64,000 nt of DNA, from the NCBI GenBank assembly GCA_029547025.1, contig JAKPQA010000085.1:6585-70584 (forward strand), read 5' to 3'. Below the pieces are notes generated by a model. It had not been told where the DNA came from. It did no database searches and saw only the letters and a list, made by a program, of their open reading frames with translations. Below, piece by piece: positions 48,435 to 57,548 of the stretch. Origin of the DNA: Armatimonadota bacterium. GTDB lineage: Bacteria > Armatimonadota > Zipacnadia > UBA1398 > JAKPQA01. Positions within the stretch are counted from its first letter, which is position 1; the number at the start of each line of letters is the position of its first letter. The position numbers and the translations under genes are program-made.

Positions 48435-48994
48435 AGCACATTGTCGTGGTCGACTTCGCGACGGCATCGTGCATTCTCGGCGCCGTGAAGGATGTCGATG
48501 CGGTGGTGTCCATCGGCGATCCCGGCTCCGCTCCGCCTCCGACGCTCCACCGCGAGGGCCGCCAGATCCTGCGCCTCGAGTTCCACGATGTGGAGCGCGA
48601 CTCGGTGACGGCCGAAGAACTGATTGCCGCGGGTATTCCTTCGGTCGGCTTCACCCCGCCGAGCCGAGAGATGGTCCGTGAGCTGCTCGACTGGTCACCC
48701 AGGCTACTGGCAGGGGAGGGGACCCTCGTGTGTCACTGCCTGTCGGGCCTGTCGCGGAGCACCGCCTGCGCCGCGGTTCTTGCCGCCGTCGACCGCGGAC
48801 CGGGAGGCGAGCTGGCAGCCATGGCGACCGTGGCGAGCCGCACCCAGCACGTTTTTATGCCGAACCGGGCCATCCTGCGGCTTGCGGATGAGCTGCGGGG
48901 GCCAGGCTCACGGCTCCTCGAGGCGTACGACACGTGGCGTACATCCGACGGCGAATGGCTACAGGGGGCGTCGCATGGTTACCGTCCGGGGTAA
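48431..48994 (+). CDS. protein-tyrosine/dual-specificity phosphatase superfamily protein (HCxxGxxRS P-loop)
   Basis: The GTG start overlaps the upstream stop (GTGA). The signature VCHCLSGLSRST matches HC(X5)R(S/T). The product is 187 aa. Confidence 0.6.
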   Translation: MKHIVVVDFATASCILGAVKDVDAVVSIGDPGSAPPPTLHREGRQILRLEFHDVERDSVTAEELIAAGIPSVGFTPPSREMVRELLDWSPRLLAGEGTLVCHCLSGLSRSTACAAVLAAVDRGPGGELAAMATVASRTQHVFMPNRAILRLADELRGPGSRLLEAYDTWRTSDGEWLQGASHGYRPG

Positions 48995-50648
48995 CGCGAT
49001 CGATGTCGAGACACGCACACTGGTGGCCCGTATCGAGAACGGGCTGATCACGCGGCTTCGGAGCAAGGCGGGCGGGACCGAGCGCATTCGGGGCGGCCCG
49101 TGGGACTATTCGGCTCTGCAGTTGGTGTACCCGGGCCAGGGCCCGCTGGACGTGCTCGACCGGCTGGCGGGGCGGGTCTCATGCCATCAGCGGTCGGCAG
49201 GGTGCGCCGAGGTGCGTCTCCACGGGTGGGACGCGGACGGGGTGATCCGTGTCTCGGAAGACGAGGCGACGGGCGACCTCGTCGTCGAGCCCTCGGCGTA
49301 CTCCTCGCGTGCGGGTGTGCTCTCATGCCGATGGCTCGTGCCCGGCATCGCCGCGGATCTGGAGCTGATCGCACCCTTCTTCCAGGGAGTGCGCCTGCCA
49401 CTGAGCGACTCGCTGCTGGAGGGCCGATGGTTCTGGCCGCAGTTGTGGGAGGCCGGCCTGGCGATCCTGCAGGGGCGCGGCGGCGGATTCTGGATCCACT
49501 GCCAGGACTCGCGCTACCGCTACAAGGCGCTCAACATTGAGAAGGCGACACTCGGGCTCGAGACCGAGGCTTACGGCCCGGTCGAGCGCAATCGGGGCGC
49601 AGGCGGGCTGCAGTGGCGAGTCAATGTCTATGAAGGCGAGTGGCGTGTCCCCGCGACCGCCTATCGCGACTGGCTGTGGGAGGCCTACGGCTTGGCGGCC
49701 GAAGAGCGAGCCCGCAAGCCCTGGGTCGGCGACGTCCGTTTCGCGGTGTCGTGGTACGGCGGTGATCCTGAGCTTCTCGATGCGCTCGCCGAACGGCTGA
49801 GTCCCCACCAGGTTCTTCTGCACTACTCCAACTGGCGCACCGACCCCTACGACGAGAACTACCCGACCTATGACCCCTCGCCGGCCGCCTGCGATGTCTT
49901 CGCCAAGGCCCGGAAGATGGGCTTCCATGTCATGCCTCACTGCAACTCGGTCGACATGGACCCCACGCATCCAGCCTATCACTACGTTCGAGACTTCCAG
50001 TACCGAGACGTCCAGACCAAGCGATTGCTCGGCTGGGGCTGGGATCCCGAACACGGCCGAGTACTGGGGGTCCCCGACTCCTACGCCAGCCTCGCCGAGA
50101 ACCGTCGGCGTAAAGTGATGGTGAAGATCCACCCCGGGCTGTCCATGTGGCGCTCGATCCTTGCGGAGCATGTCGGCCAGGCCACTCAGCTTCTGGGCAC
50201 GGATTGCGTCTTTGTCGATGTCACGCTCTGCAGCCACAACCTGGACAACTGCCTGGTCGAGGACGCCACCTCGACCGAGGGCATGAAGCGGCTCATCTCC
50301 GAGATAGCCGGGCTGGGAGGCGGGTTAGCCGTGGGCGGGGAGGGGCGCAACGAGGTCACGATGCAGGGCCTGTCCTTCGCCCAGGCCCATCTCTACCGGA
50401 GCTGGCAGAGCAGCATCGACGGACTCGAACGGGCGGGGCGATGCCCGCTCAATGCCTTCCTGTTCGACCGCCTATGCCGCACCTTCGGGTACAGTGGCCT
50501 GGGCGGACGCACCGAGAACGAGGAGCTTCGGATGGAGGTCCACCACCAGCTCGGCGCCATCCCGACGGTCACCGTGAGCCATGCCGAGGAGATCCGCTCG
50601 CCCAACCGGGCCGTGGCACGAGCCCTCGATCGCGCCCTGGGGTCTTGA
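48975..50648 (+). CDS. hypothetical protein (557 aa), translationally coupled to phosphatase-like gene
   Basis: ATG 48975 lies inside the last 20 nt of the upstream gene. The product is rich in W/Y/H/D blocks (HVMPHCNSVDMDPTHPAYHYVRDFQYRD), which suggests a glycan-binding or hydrolase fold. No family was assigned. Confidence 0.4.
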   Translation: MVTVRGNAIDVETRTLVARIENGLITRLRSKAGGTERIRGGPWDYSALQLVYPGQGPLDVLDRLAGRVSCHQRSAGCAEVRLHGWDADGVIRVSEDEATGDLVVEPSAYSSRAGVLSCRWLVPGIAADLELIAPFFQGVRLPLSDSLLEGRWFWPQLWEAGLAILQGRGGGFWIHCQDSRYRYKALNIEKATLGLETEAYGPVERNRGAGGLQWRVNVYEGEWRVPATAYRDWLWEAYGLAAEERARKPWVGDVRFAVSWYGGDPELLDALAERLSPHQVLLHYSNWRTDPYDENYPTYDPSPAACDVFAKARKMGFHVMPHCNSVDMDPTHPAYHYVRDFQYRDVQTKRLLGWGWDPEHGRVLGVPDSYASLAENRRRKVMVKIHPGLSMWRSILAEHVGQATQLLGTDCVFVDVTLCSHNLDNCLVEDATSTEGMKRLISEIAGLGGGLAVGGEGRNEVTMQGLSFAQAHLYRSWQSSIDGLERAGRCPLNAFLFDRLCRTFGYSGLGGRTENEELRMEVHHQLGAIPTVTVSHAEEIRSPNRAVARALDRALGS

Positions 50649-50657
50649 GCGCACCGA

Positions 50658-51707
50658 CTATCCGCCGTAGAACCACTCCGTGCGGACCCGCGCCACATGA
50701 AGCCCATCGCGGGCGTGGTAGCTCAGGACGCACACGTCCTCGTTCGGCAGGAAGGTCACGCTCTGGTAGCCGTAGTCGTCCTCGGGGTCGCTGGCCAGCT
50801 CTCGAGGGCTCTCCCAGGTCTCTCCTTCATCCTTCGAGATGACCGACACCAGCGGCGTGCGGCGTCCGCCATCGCCCGCCGTGGTCCGAATGAGCAGCAG
50901 GTCACCCGTGCTCGGGATCCGCTTCACCGTTACCGCGCACGCGTTGGCCGAGATGGGCAGCTCCCGGACCAACTCGCCCGCCGACCAGTTCGCGCCCTGG
51001 TCGGCCGAGTACGCCCGGCCCAGGAACCCGTTGTAGGTCCGGAAGACCATCAGCAGGCGGCCGTCCCTGAGCTCCTCGATGTGCGCCTCCTGGGCCTCCA
51101 TGGGGTCCATGTCAACCTCGTTGGCGCTCATGTGCCACGAATAGGCGTTGTCGTCCGAGTGGAACGCGCAGGCCACATAGCCTCCGTGATCGTTCGAGTC
51201 GGGCCACCGCTTCTTCCGCTCGGCCGCGGCGATAACCCGCCCCGAGGCCAGCCGCGTGATCTTGTCGTTGTGCACGATGACGTAGCCGGGGCAGGGGGTC
51301 ATCACGAACTGCTCGCTCCAGGTCTTGCCGTCGTCGGCAGACCGGCGGTAGTAGTTGTGCCCGTAGTAGGGCACGGCCCCGCTGCCGTAGATGTAGGAGA
51401 GCAGCAGATCACCGTTGGCCAAGCGCACGAGACTGGGATGACAGTAGTAGCCCTGAGTCGAGGGCGCGGCCGGGTTGGGCACCAACACCACTTCGTCGCT
51501 CCAGGTCCGTCCTCCGTCCGTCGACGTGCGCGACATGATGCCATCGAGCGTGTAGCACAGGAGGAGCGAGCCGTCGCCAAGCACCTCGATGTCCCCCGGC
51601 ATGCCCCGCGGGCCGAACGGGCCCTTCTCGATCGTCACCACACGAACGTCGGTGAACAGCGCCTCCGGCGCCGCGACCGGGGTGAGCAGCAGCCCCATGC
51701 AGAGCAT
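50658..51707 (-). CDS. secreted BNR-repeat exo-alpha-sialidase-like glycoside hydrolase (GH33-like)
   Basis: Four Asp-boxes are present: STDGGRTWS, SADDGKTWS, SADQGANWS and SKDEGETWE. The start was set at Met51/54, giving the signal peptide MLCMGLLLTPVAAPEA. Confidence 0.6.
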   Translation of the reverse strand: MLCMGLLLTPVAAPEALFTDVRVVTIEKGPFGPRGMPGDIEVLGDGSLLLCYTLDGIMSRTSTDGGRTWSDEVVLVPNPAAPSTQGYYCHPSLVRLANGDLLLSYIYGSGAVPYYGHNYYRRSADDGKTWSEQFVMTPCPGYVIVHNDKITRLASGRVIAAAERKKRWPDSNDHGGYVACAFHSDDNAYSWHMSANEVDMDPMEAQEAHIEELRDGRLLMVFRTYNGFLGRAYSADQGANWSAGELVRELPISANACAVTVKRIPSTGDLLLIRTTAGDGGRRTPLVSVISKDEGETWESPRELASDPEDDYGYQSVTFLPNEDVCVLSYHARDGLHVARVRTEWFYGG

Positions 51708-51843
51708 CAATGGCCCAGCCTCCTCCAGTGTCCGCGTTGGGGTCTGGTTCGCGGGTGCCCCACGGAGGCCCTTCGCGCCTCCGCCCACGCAGGTTGGCGC
51801 TGCCGCGTCCCGGAACAGGCAGATCTGCGGAGGTGAGCTCCCG

Positions 51844-54006
51844 ATGCTGATGCTCATCGTGACGGTGGCCGCTCAGGACGTCCTACCCGCTCAGCCGATC
51901 GGCGACAAGACACTGGTGGCCTGGGTGTCGCCGGCGAGCCTGACCCAGAGCGGGGGAGCCGTCCTGAGCGTCGGGGGTACGAGCAACCTCTTCGATGCCA
52001 TCGTGTTCGGTGAGATCGCGCCCGGGCGCTGGATGGCGGGCAGCAACTTCTTCCTCCGCACAGCGCAAGACCAGGCGGCGTGGCCCGCCGAGACGGCGCA
52101 ACCAGGGACGCTCGTGCAGATCGCTATTGCCTACGAGGGCAAGCGAGTCCACATCTACCGCAACGGCGCTCCATACGCCGAGTACGGGTTTCAGGGCGAT
52201 CCAGCCCCGCTGACGACCGACAGCCCTGTCCTGTTGGGGCTGCGCCATCGCGGAGCGCTGAACGGCTATTTCGCCGGCGGCATCGCGGATGCGCGGATCT
52301 ACGGCTCGGCGCTCAGCCAGGAAACGATTGCCGCCCTGAAGTGCGGGCGAAGAGGCGGCCCGCAGCCGCTGGGTTGGTGGACCTTCGAGGATGACAGCCT
52401 GAGAGACCGTATGGGACGCTACCCTCCGGGACGCCTCGTGGGTGGGGCACGGATTGAGGATGGCCTGCTCCAACTGGATGGGGTGACCGGGTGCATGGTG
52501 GTTCAGCGAGGCAACACGGCGGCACGGGAGACGGAGGGCTGGCCCAGATATCACGTGACAGCGCTGCCCGACGAGGGCGTGGCGCTTCCCTATGACGCCA
52601 ACGGGTGCATATACTGGAAAGGGAAGTACCACCTAATGTACATCTTCCAGCGCCCCGATGGCGGGCACTGCTGGGGTCATCTGTCGAGCCGCGACCTGAT
52701 CCACTGGACCTACCACCCGACAGCCCTCGAGCCAATGCCAGGCGATCCCGACAAGGGAATATTCAGCGGCAATGCATTCATCAATAGAGACGGCGTGCCG
52801 ATGTTGTGCTGGTTCGGCGTAGAGGCCGGGGTGTGTGTCGCAACAGCCCTGGACGATGACCTGGTCCGCTGGCAGAAGCACTCCAGGAACCCGATCATCC
52901 CCATGCCCAAGCCTGGCGACCCGGGGTATGGTCTCTACACCGTCTGGGACCCCTACCTGTGGCTCGAGGGCGACACCTACATGTGCCTGCTTGGCGGTAA
53001 CCGCCTGCCCATCGACCGCGATACGCTCTACCTTTGCACCTCGCCCGATCTGGTGAACTGGACGCCGCGCGGTCCATTCTACGAGGGCGATCCCGCCTGG
53101 CGGCGGTCCGACGAGGATTGCTCGTGCCCCGACTTCTTCCGGCTCGGCGACAAGCATGTGCTCATGTGCATCAGTCACGCCATTGGCGCGCGGATGTACA
53201 TCGGCCGCTTCGGCGGCGATACGTTCACACCCGAACAGCATGTGCGGATGAACTGGCCAGGCGGCATGTTCTTCGCCCCCGAGAGTCTTGAGGACGCCCG
53301 GGGGAGACGCATCTTCTGGGCGTGGGTCACCGATCCGCGTATCGGGCCCGCACAGCAGGCGACGGGCTCGGGTTTCCAGAGTCTGCCCCGCGTTCTGTCC
53401 CTCGGTGCGGATGGCACACCGCGAATCAGGCCGGCTGAGGAGCTGGAACGCCTCCGAGGCCACCACGAGCGGCGGCGCACCATCGAGATCCCTGCCGACG
53501 GCGAAGTCACGCTCGAGGGGATTGCGGGTCAGCATCTCGAACTGGGGCTCGAGATCCAACCGGCTCGGGCCGAACGGGTGGGTCTGAAGGTGCGCTGCTC
53601 GCCGGATGGCGAGGAGCAGACGGCCGTGTGGTGCGACCGGGCCAGCGGCGTCCTGCGGGTCGATGTGTCGAAGTCGACGCTCCGGCCCGACGTGACCTAT
53701 GGCTCGCCGCCATTCACGTCCTACAGCCTCCAGAACGCTACGGACAACCCGAACCCGATCCATCAGTTCGAGGCACCACTGGAGCTTGCCGCCGGCGACC
53801 CCATCCGTCTGCGGGTGTTCATCGATGGGCCCATGATCGAGATCTTCGCCAACGACCGGCAGTGCGTGACGCAGGTTGTGTTCCCCCGGCGGCGTGACAG
53901 CACAGGGATCCGGCTCTGCGCCGTGGGGGGCGGCGCCACCGTCTCGCGGCTCGACGCGTGGACCATGAAACCGCTTGAGTTCGAGGACCGGCGGGCGAGG
54001 CCATAG
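51844..54006 (+). CDS. ConA/LamG-like domain fused to GH32 (fructan/sucrose hydrolase family) beta-propeller + C-terminal beta-sandwich
   Basis: GH32 blocks are present: YDANGCIYWKGKYHLMYIFQ (the NDPNG nucleophile motif), WGHLSSRDLIHWTYHPTAL, FSGNAF and WDP. The 'EC' acid/base region reads DEDCSCPDFF. The start was chosen at 51844 (MLMLIVTVAA...). Confidence 0.7.
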   Translation: MLMLIVTVAAQDVLPAQPIGDKTLVAWVSPASLTQSGGAVLSVGGTSNLFDAIVFGEIAPGRWMAGSNFFLRTAQDQAAWPAETAQPGTLVQIAIAYEGKRVHIYRNGAPYAEYGFQGDPAPLTTDSPVLLGLRHRGALNGYFAGGIADARIYGSALSQETIAALKCGRRGGPQPLGWWTFEDDSLRDRMGRYPPGRLVGGARIEDGLLQLDGVTGCMVVQRGNTAARETEGWPRYHVTALPDEGVALPYDANGCIYWKGKYHLMYIFQRPDGGHCWGHLSSRDLIHWTYHPTALEPMPGDPDKGIFSGNAFINRDGVPMLCWFGVEAGVCVATALDDDLVRWQKHSRNPIIPMPKPGDPGYGLYTVWDPYLWLEGDTYMCLLGGNRLPIDRDTLYLCTSPDLVNWTPRGPFYEGDPAWRRSDEDCSCPDFFRLGDKHVLMCISHAIGARMYIGRFGGDTFTPEQHVRMNWPGGMFFAPESLEDARGRRIFWAWVTDPRIGPAQQATGSGFQSLPRVLSLGADGTPRIRPAEELERLRGHHERRRTIEIPADGEVTLEGIAGQHLELGLEIQPARAERVGLKVRCSPDGEEQTAVWCDRASGVLRVDVSKSTLRPDVTYGSPPFTSYSLQNATDNPNPIHQFEAPLELAAGDPIRLRVFIDGPMIEIFANDRQCVTQVVFPRRRDSTGIRLCAVGGGATVSRLDAWTMKPLEFEDRRARP

Positions 54007-54027
54007 GATCGAGACCGGCGGCCCCTC

Positions 54028-54081
54028 GGCCCAACGCCCGTCGGTGGGGCCCGCTCGCTGCCAGTGCCGACGGGTTGGGCC
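54028..54081 (+). terminator. long imperfect hairpin (8+6 bp stem with bulge, ~22-nt loop) immediately after GH32 stop
   Basis: GGCCCAACGCCCGUCGG ... CCGACGGGUUGGGCC. It is followed by GUCUUGGGG, a weak U-tract, so it may be a terminator or attenuator. Confidence 0.3.
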
Positions 54082-54265
54082 GTCTTGGGGCTCGAGTGAG
54101 AGGGCGCTCGACGAGGACCTCGTGAAGCCCCCCTCGTGACCCGGCGCCCGTTGGCATCATCACCCATGGAGGTCCGAGACCGCTGCGGGGTGTATCCTCC
54201 CCACCGCGAGGCGATGGACCGGCCCCCGCCTCCCACACGTCAGCGCCACATCGGAGGTACCGCAG

Positions 54266-55363
54266 TTGAGTGCCACCAGGCTCCTCTCCGCACCCGCTGT
54301 GCTGTCGGTCGCCGCGTGCATCGCGGGCCCGGTCCAGGCTCAGGGTCTCGAGGGACTCCCGACCATCGTCCGCGGCGACCATCAGGGATTCGCCAACTCA
54401 GGATGGAAGTACGACCGCTACTCCAACCTGCCCTCGCTCGACGCCCACACCAGCATGCTCGTGGCCGACATCAGAGGCCCGGCGGTGATCCGCCACATCC
54501 ACACCACGCGCCACCATCCACCTGAGCTGATGGCGCGCGGTATCGTGCTCGAGATCTGGTTCGACGACGCCAAGGAGCCCGCAGTGATGTCGCCCCTGGC
54601 CGACTTCTTCGGCGATGGCTGCAACGGCGCCAGCCGGACCTTCAGCACGCCACTGATCGAGTGCGCGCCGTGGAGCTACAACGCCTACATCCCCATGCCC
54701 TTCAAGAAGCGGGCTCGGGTCATCCTCCGCAACGATACGGACAAGGACGCGATGAACTACTCCTACGTCGAGTGGGAGCCGCTCGACGACTGGGACGAGG
54801 ACTTGGGGTACTTCCACGCGACCTATCGCCGCGAGCAGTTCCAGCTCCGCCCGGACACCAGCCACACGTTCTTCCAGATCGAGGGCACCGGCCACGTGAT
54901 CGGCCGGCAGTTGAGCATCCTCACCGATGAGCCGTTCTTCCGCGGCTTCAACTGCGTGATGGAGGGCAACAACGAGATCGACGTCGACGGCCGCGAGCGT
55001 GCGTTCGACTACCTGGGCACTGAAGACTCGTTCACCTTCAGCTGGGGCTTCCAGGAGGAGTTCGTCGGCCTTCGCTCGGGTATGCCGCATGTGGTCCACG
55101 GTGACAGCAACTCGCTATCGATCTTCCGCTTCCACGACCACATGCCCATCCGTTTCGACAAGAGCCTCACCTGGCGCATCAACTGGCAGGAGGAGAAGGG
55201 CTTCGTCACCTCGCCGAAGTGGCAGGAGGCACTGGCCCGCGACGGTTCGTGTAGGGTCGACTATGCAACCGTGTTCTACTGGTATCAGGATGAGCCGGGT
55301 GGCTTCGAACACGCGCCGCTGGCCGAAGTGGCCCTGCGGGGCAACAAGCCCGCGGCCCCGTAG
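54266..55363 (+). CDS. secreted DUF2961-family protein (GH172-like)
   Basis: A TTG start is preceded by GGAGG 9 nt upstream. Signal peptide MSATRLLSAPAVLSVAACIAGPVQA. Size (~365 aa) and blocks (VLEIWFDD, PLADFFGDG) were recognised as DUF2961, but the call is by pattern only. Confidence 0.5.
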   Translation: MSATRLLSAPAVLSVAACIAGPVQAQGLEGLPTIVRGDHQGFANSGWKYDRYSNLPSLDAHTSMLVADIRGPAVIRHIHTTRHHPPELMARGIVLEIWFDDAKEPAVMSPLADFFGDGCNGASRTFSTPLIECAPWSYNAYIPMPFKKRARVILRNDTDKDAMNYSYVEWEPLDDWDEDLGYFHATYRREQFQLRPDTSHTFFQIEGTGHVIGRQLSILTDEPFFRGFNCVMEGNNEIDVDGRERAFDYLGTEDSFTFSWGFQEEFVGLRSGMPHVVHGDSNSLSIFRFHDHMPIRFDKSLTWRINWQEEKGFVTSPKWQEALARDGSCRVDYATVFYWYQDEPGGFEHAPLAEVALRGNKPAAP

Positions 55364-55509
55364 GTCGGTAGTCGCCGCGCCACCGAGGGCGCCCGCCGAC
55401 ATGGGGTCTCGGTGCTCGTGCCCGCGGGCCTGGTGGCCGGCACTGTCCGGGGTCCGTGATGGCTCTGATTGCCCGGCACACTGCACTGCCTGTTGGGAGG
55501 TACCCACCC

Positions 55510-57381
55510 ATGGCTCCATCCTCCTCTCTCGCTCCCGCTGCCCTCGCCGCGGTCCTGCTCCTCCTTGTCCCGGCCATGGCAGTCGACTACTACGTCGCCG
55601 CCGATGGTGCCGACGCCAATGCCGGCACGAGCCCCGATGCCGCCTGGCGGACACTCGCGCGCGTCAACGCGGCCGAGCTGCTGCCCGGCGATACCATCCG
55701 GTTCCGCCGCGGCGACACCTGGCGCGGGCAGCTCATCCCGAAGAGCGGCGGCGACGCAGGCGTCATCACCTATACGGCCTACGGCGAGGGGCCGAAGCCA
55801 CTCCTCCTGGGCTCGCTGGACCTCTCGCCGCCCGACATATGGGTGCCGGCCGGCGACAACCTGTGGGAGACACGGCCTGCCGAGTCGCTGGGCGAGCCAA
55901 TCCTCGGCACGCCGGGCGCCCCAGGCCCGGTACGGTGGTCGCTCTACTGCGAGAACGGCGCTCAGGCCACCATGGCCTACGATGCCGCCACGGGGGAGTG
56001 TCGCATCCACTGCGATGCCTCGGGCGGGGTCGGGTCCGACATCCAGCTCATCGCCGCCCCGTTTGCCGTCTCGAGCAACGTCGCCCTGCAGCTGCGGTTC
56101 CGTGCCAGGGCCAGTCAGCCGTTTCACCTGCCCGGCCCGGTTCTCATGAAGGCCGGGCCGCCCTGGACCGGCTACTCCACCACCCGCTACGAGCGCATCG
56201 GCGATGTGGGCACCGAGTGGGTCGAGATGTCGCGCCTCTACGGCATCTCGGTGAACGCCGACGACGGCCGGCTCACCCTGTTCCTCGGCGGGGCCCTGCC
56301 TGCGGGGGCCGACCTCTTCCTCGCCGACCTGACACTCAGCCCGTGCGATCCCTCGGCAATTCCACTCGTTGATGTGGGCAATCTGATCTTCGACGACGAG
56401 GCCGAGTGCGGCGTGAAGGTCTTCGAGCCGGACCAGCTCGACGGCCAGGGCAAGTACTGGTACGACGAGGCACGCTGCGTGGTCCGAATGTGGTCCGCCG
56501 GCAACCCCGGCGAGCACTATCGGCACATCGAGGGAGCCCTTCGGCAGCACATCGTCGACCAAAGCGGCGTGGGCTATGTCACCTACGACGGCCTGTGCCT
56601 CAAGTACGGCGGCGCCCACGGCTTCGGTGGCGGCAGCACCCAGCACATCACGATCCGCGACTGCGACCTGGGCTACATCGGTGGCGGCGATCAGATGGGC
56701 GGGGACCAGACGGTCCGCTTCGGCAACGGCATCGAGTTCTGGGGCGCCGCCCACGACTGCCTGGTCGAGAACTGCCGGCTCTGGCAGATCTACGATGCCG
56801 CACTCACGAACCAGAACCTCGGCAGCGTGGTCGAAGAGGCCAACATCACCTACCGCAACAACGTGATCTGGGATTCCGAGTACTCCTTCGAGTACTGGAA
56901 CCGCCCGGCAGAGTCCATCACCCGCAACATCGTGTTCGAGCACAACACGTGCGTCCGCGCTGGTTTCGGCTGGGGGCACACGCAGCGACCGGATCCAAGC
57001 GGGCGGCACCTGTGTTTCTACACGTCCGACGCCACCGCGTCGGACATCATCATCCGCGACAACATCTTCTGCGAGGCGCGGGAGCACGCGTTCAGCGCCC
57101 AGTGGTGGAACCGCGAGCAGCTCCCCTCGCTGGTGATGGACCACAACCTGTGGTTCCAGAGCGAGGGTGCCGTGATCTCGTACGCCGATGCGCGGTACAC
57201 GGTGGATCAGTTCGCGGCCTATCAGGCTGAGCTCGGGCTCGACGCCAACTCCGTCGCGGCCGAGGCCCGGTTCGTGAACGCCGACGCGTTCGACTTTCGC
57301 CTCGCCCCCGGCTCCCCCGGCATCGGCGCCGCCAGTGACGGCACCGACATGGGCGCCGCCGGGCCAGTCCTCCAGCCATAG
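55510..57381 (+). CDS. secreted right-handed parallel beta-helix (pectate-lyase-fold) protein
   Basis: Signal peptide MAPSSSLAPAALAAVLLLLVPAMA. There are repeated beta-helix rungs with N/D-rich turns (ITIRDCDLGYIGGG, LVENCRLWQIYDAALTN, IIIRDNIF). Confidence 0.5.
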   Translation: MAPSSSLAPAALAAVLLLLVPAMAVDYYVAADGADANAGTSPDAAWRTLARVNAAELLPGDTIRFRRGDTWRGQLIPKSGGDAGVITYTAYGEGPKPLLLGSLDLSPPDIWVPAGDNLWETRPAESLGEPILGTPGAPGPVRWSLYCENGAQATMAYDAATGECRIHCDASGGVGSDIQLIAAPFAVSSNVALQLRFRARASQPFHLPGPVLMKAGPPWTGYSTTRYERIGDVGTEWVEMSRLYGISVNADDGRLTLFLGGALPAGADLFLADLTLSPCDPSAIPLVDVGNLIFDDEAECGVKVFEPDQLDGQGKYWYDEARCVVRMWSAGNPGEHYRHIEGALRQHIVDQSGVGYVTYDGLCLKYGGAHGFGGGSTQHITIRDCDLGYIGGGDQMGGDQTVRFGNGIEFWGAAHDCLVENCRLWQIYDAALTNQNLGSVVEEANITYRNNVIWDSEYSFEYWNRPAESITRNIVFEHNTCVRAGFGWGHTQRPDPSGRHLCFYTSDATASDIIIRDNIFCEAREHAFSAQWWNREQLPSLVMDHNLWFQSEGAVISYADARYTVDQFAAYQAELGLDANSVAAEARFVNADAFDFRLAPGSPGIGAASDGTDMGAAGPVLQP

Positions 57382-57548
57382 GTCCATGGAGCCGGGCGCA
57401 GCCCTGGCCCTGAGCCCCACTCCACCCAGGCCGTGTGCATGGGGGCGACCCGCGAGCTGGGAGGCCAGACAGGGGCGCGCCGCCTCTGCGCTAACGCTTG
57501 CGCGTCCTACGCAGGCCACCCGTACCCCCCATGGCGAATGTTGGCCGT

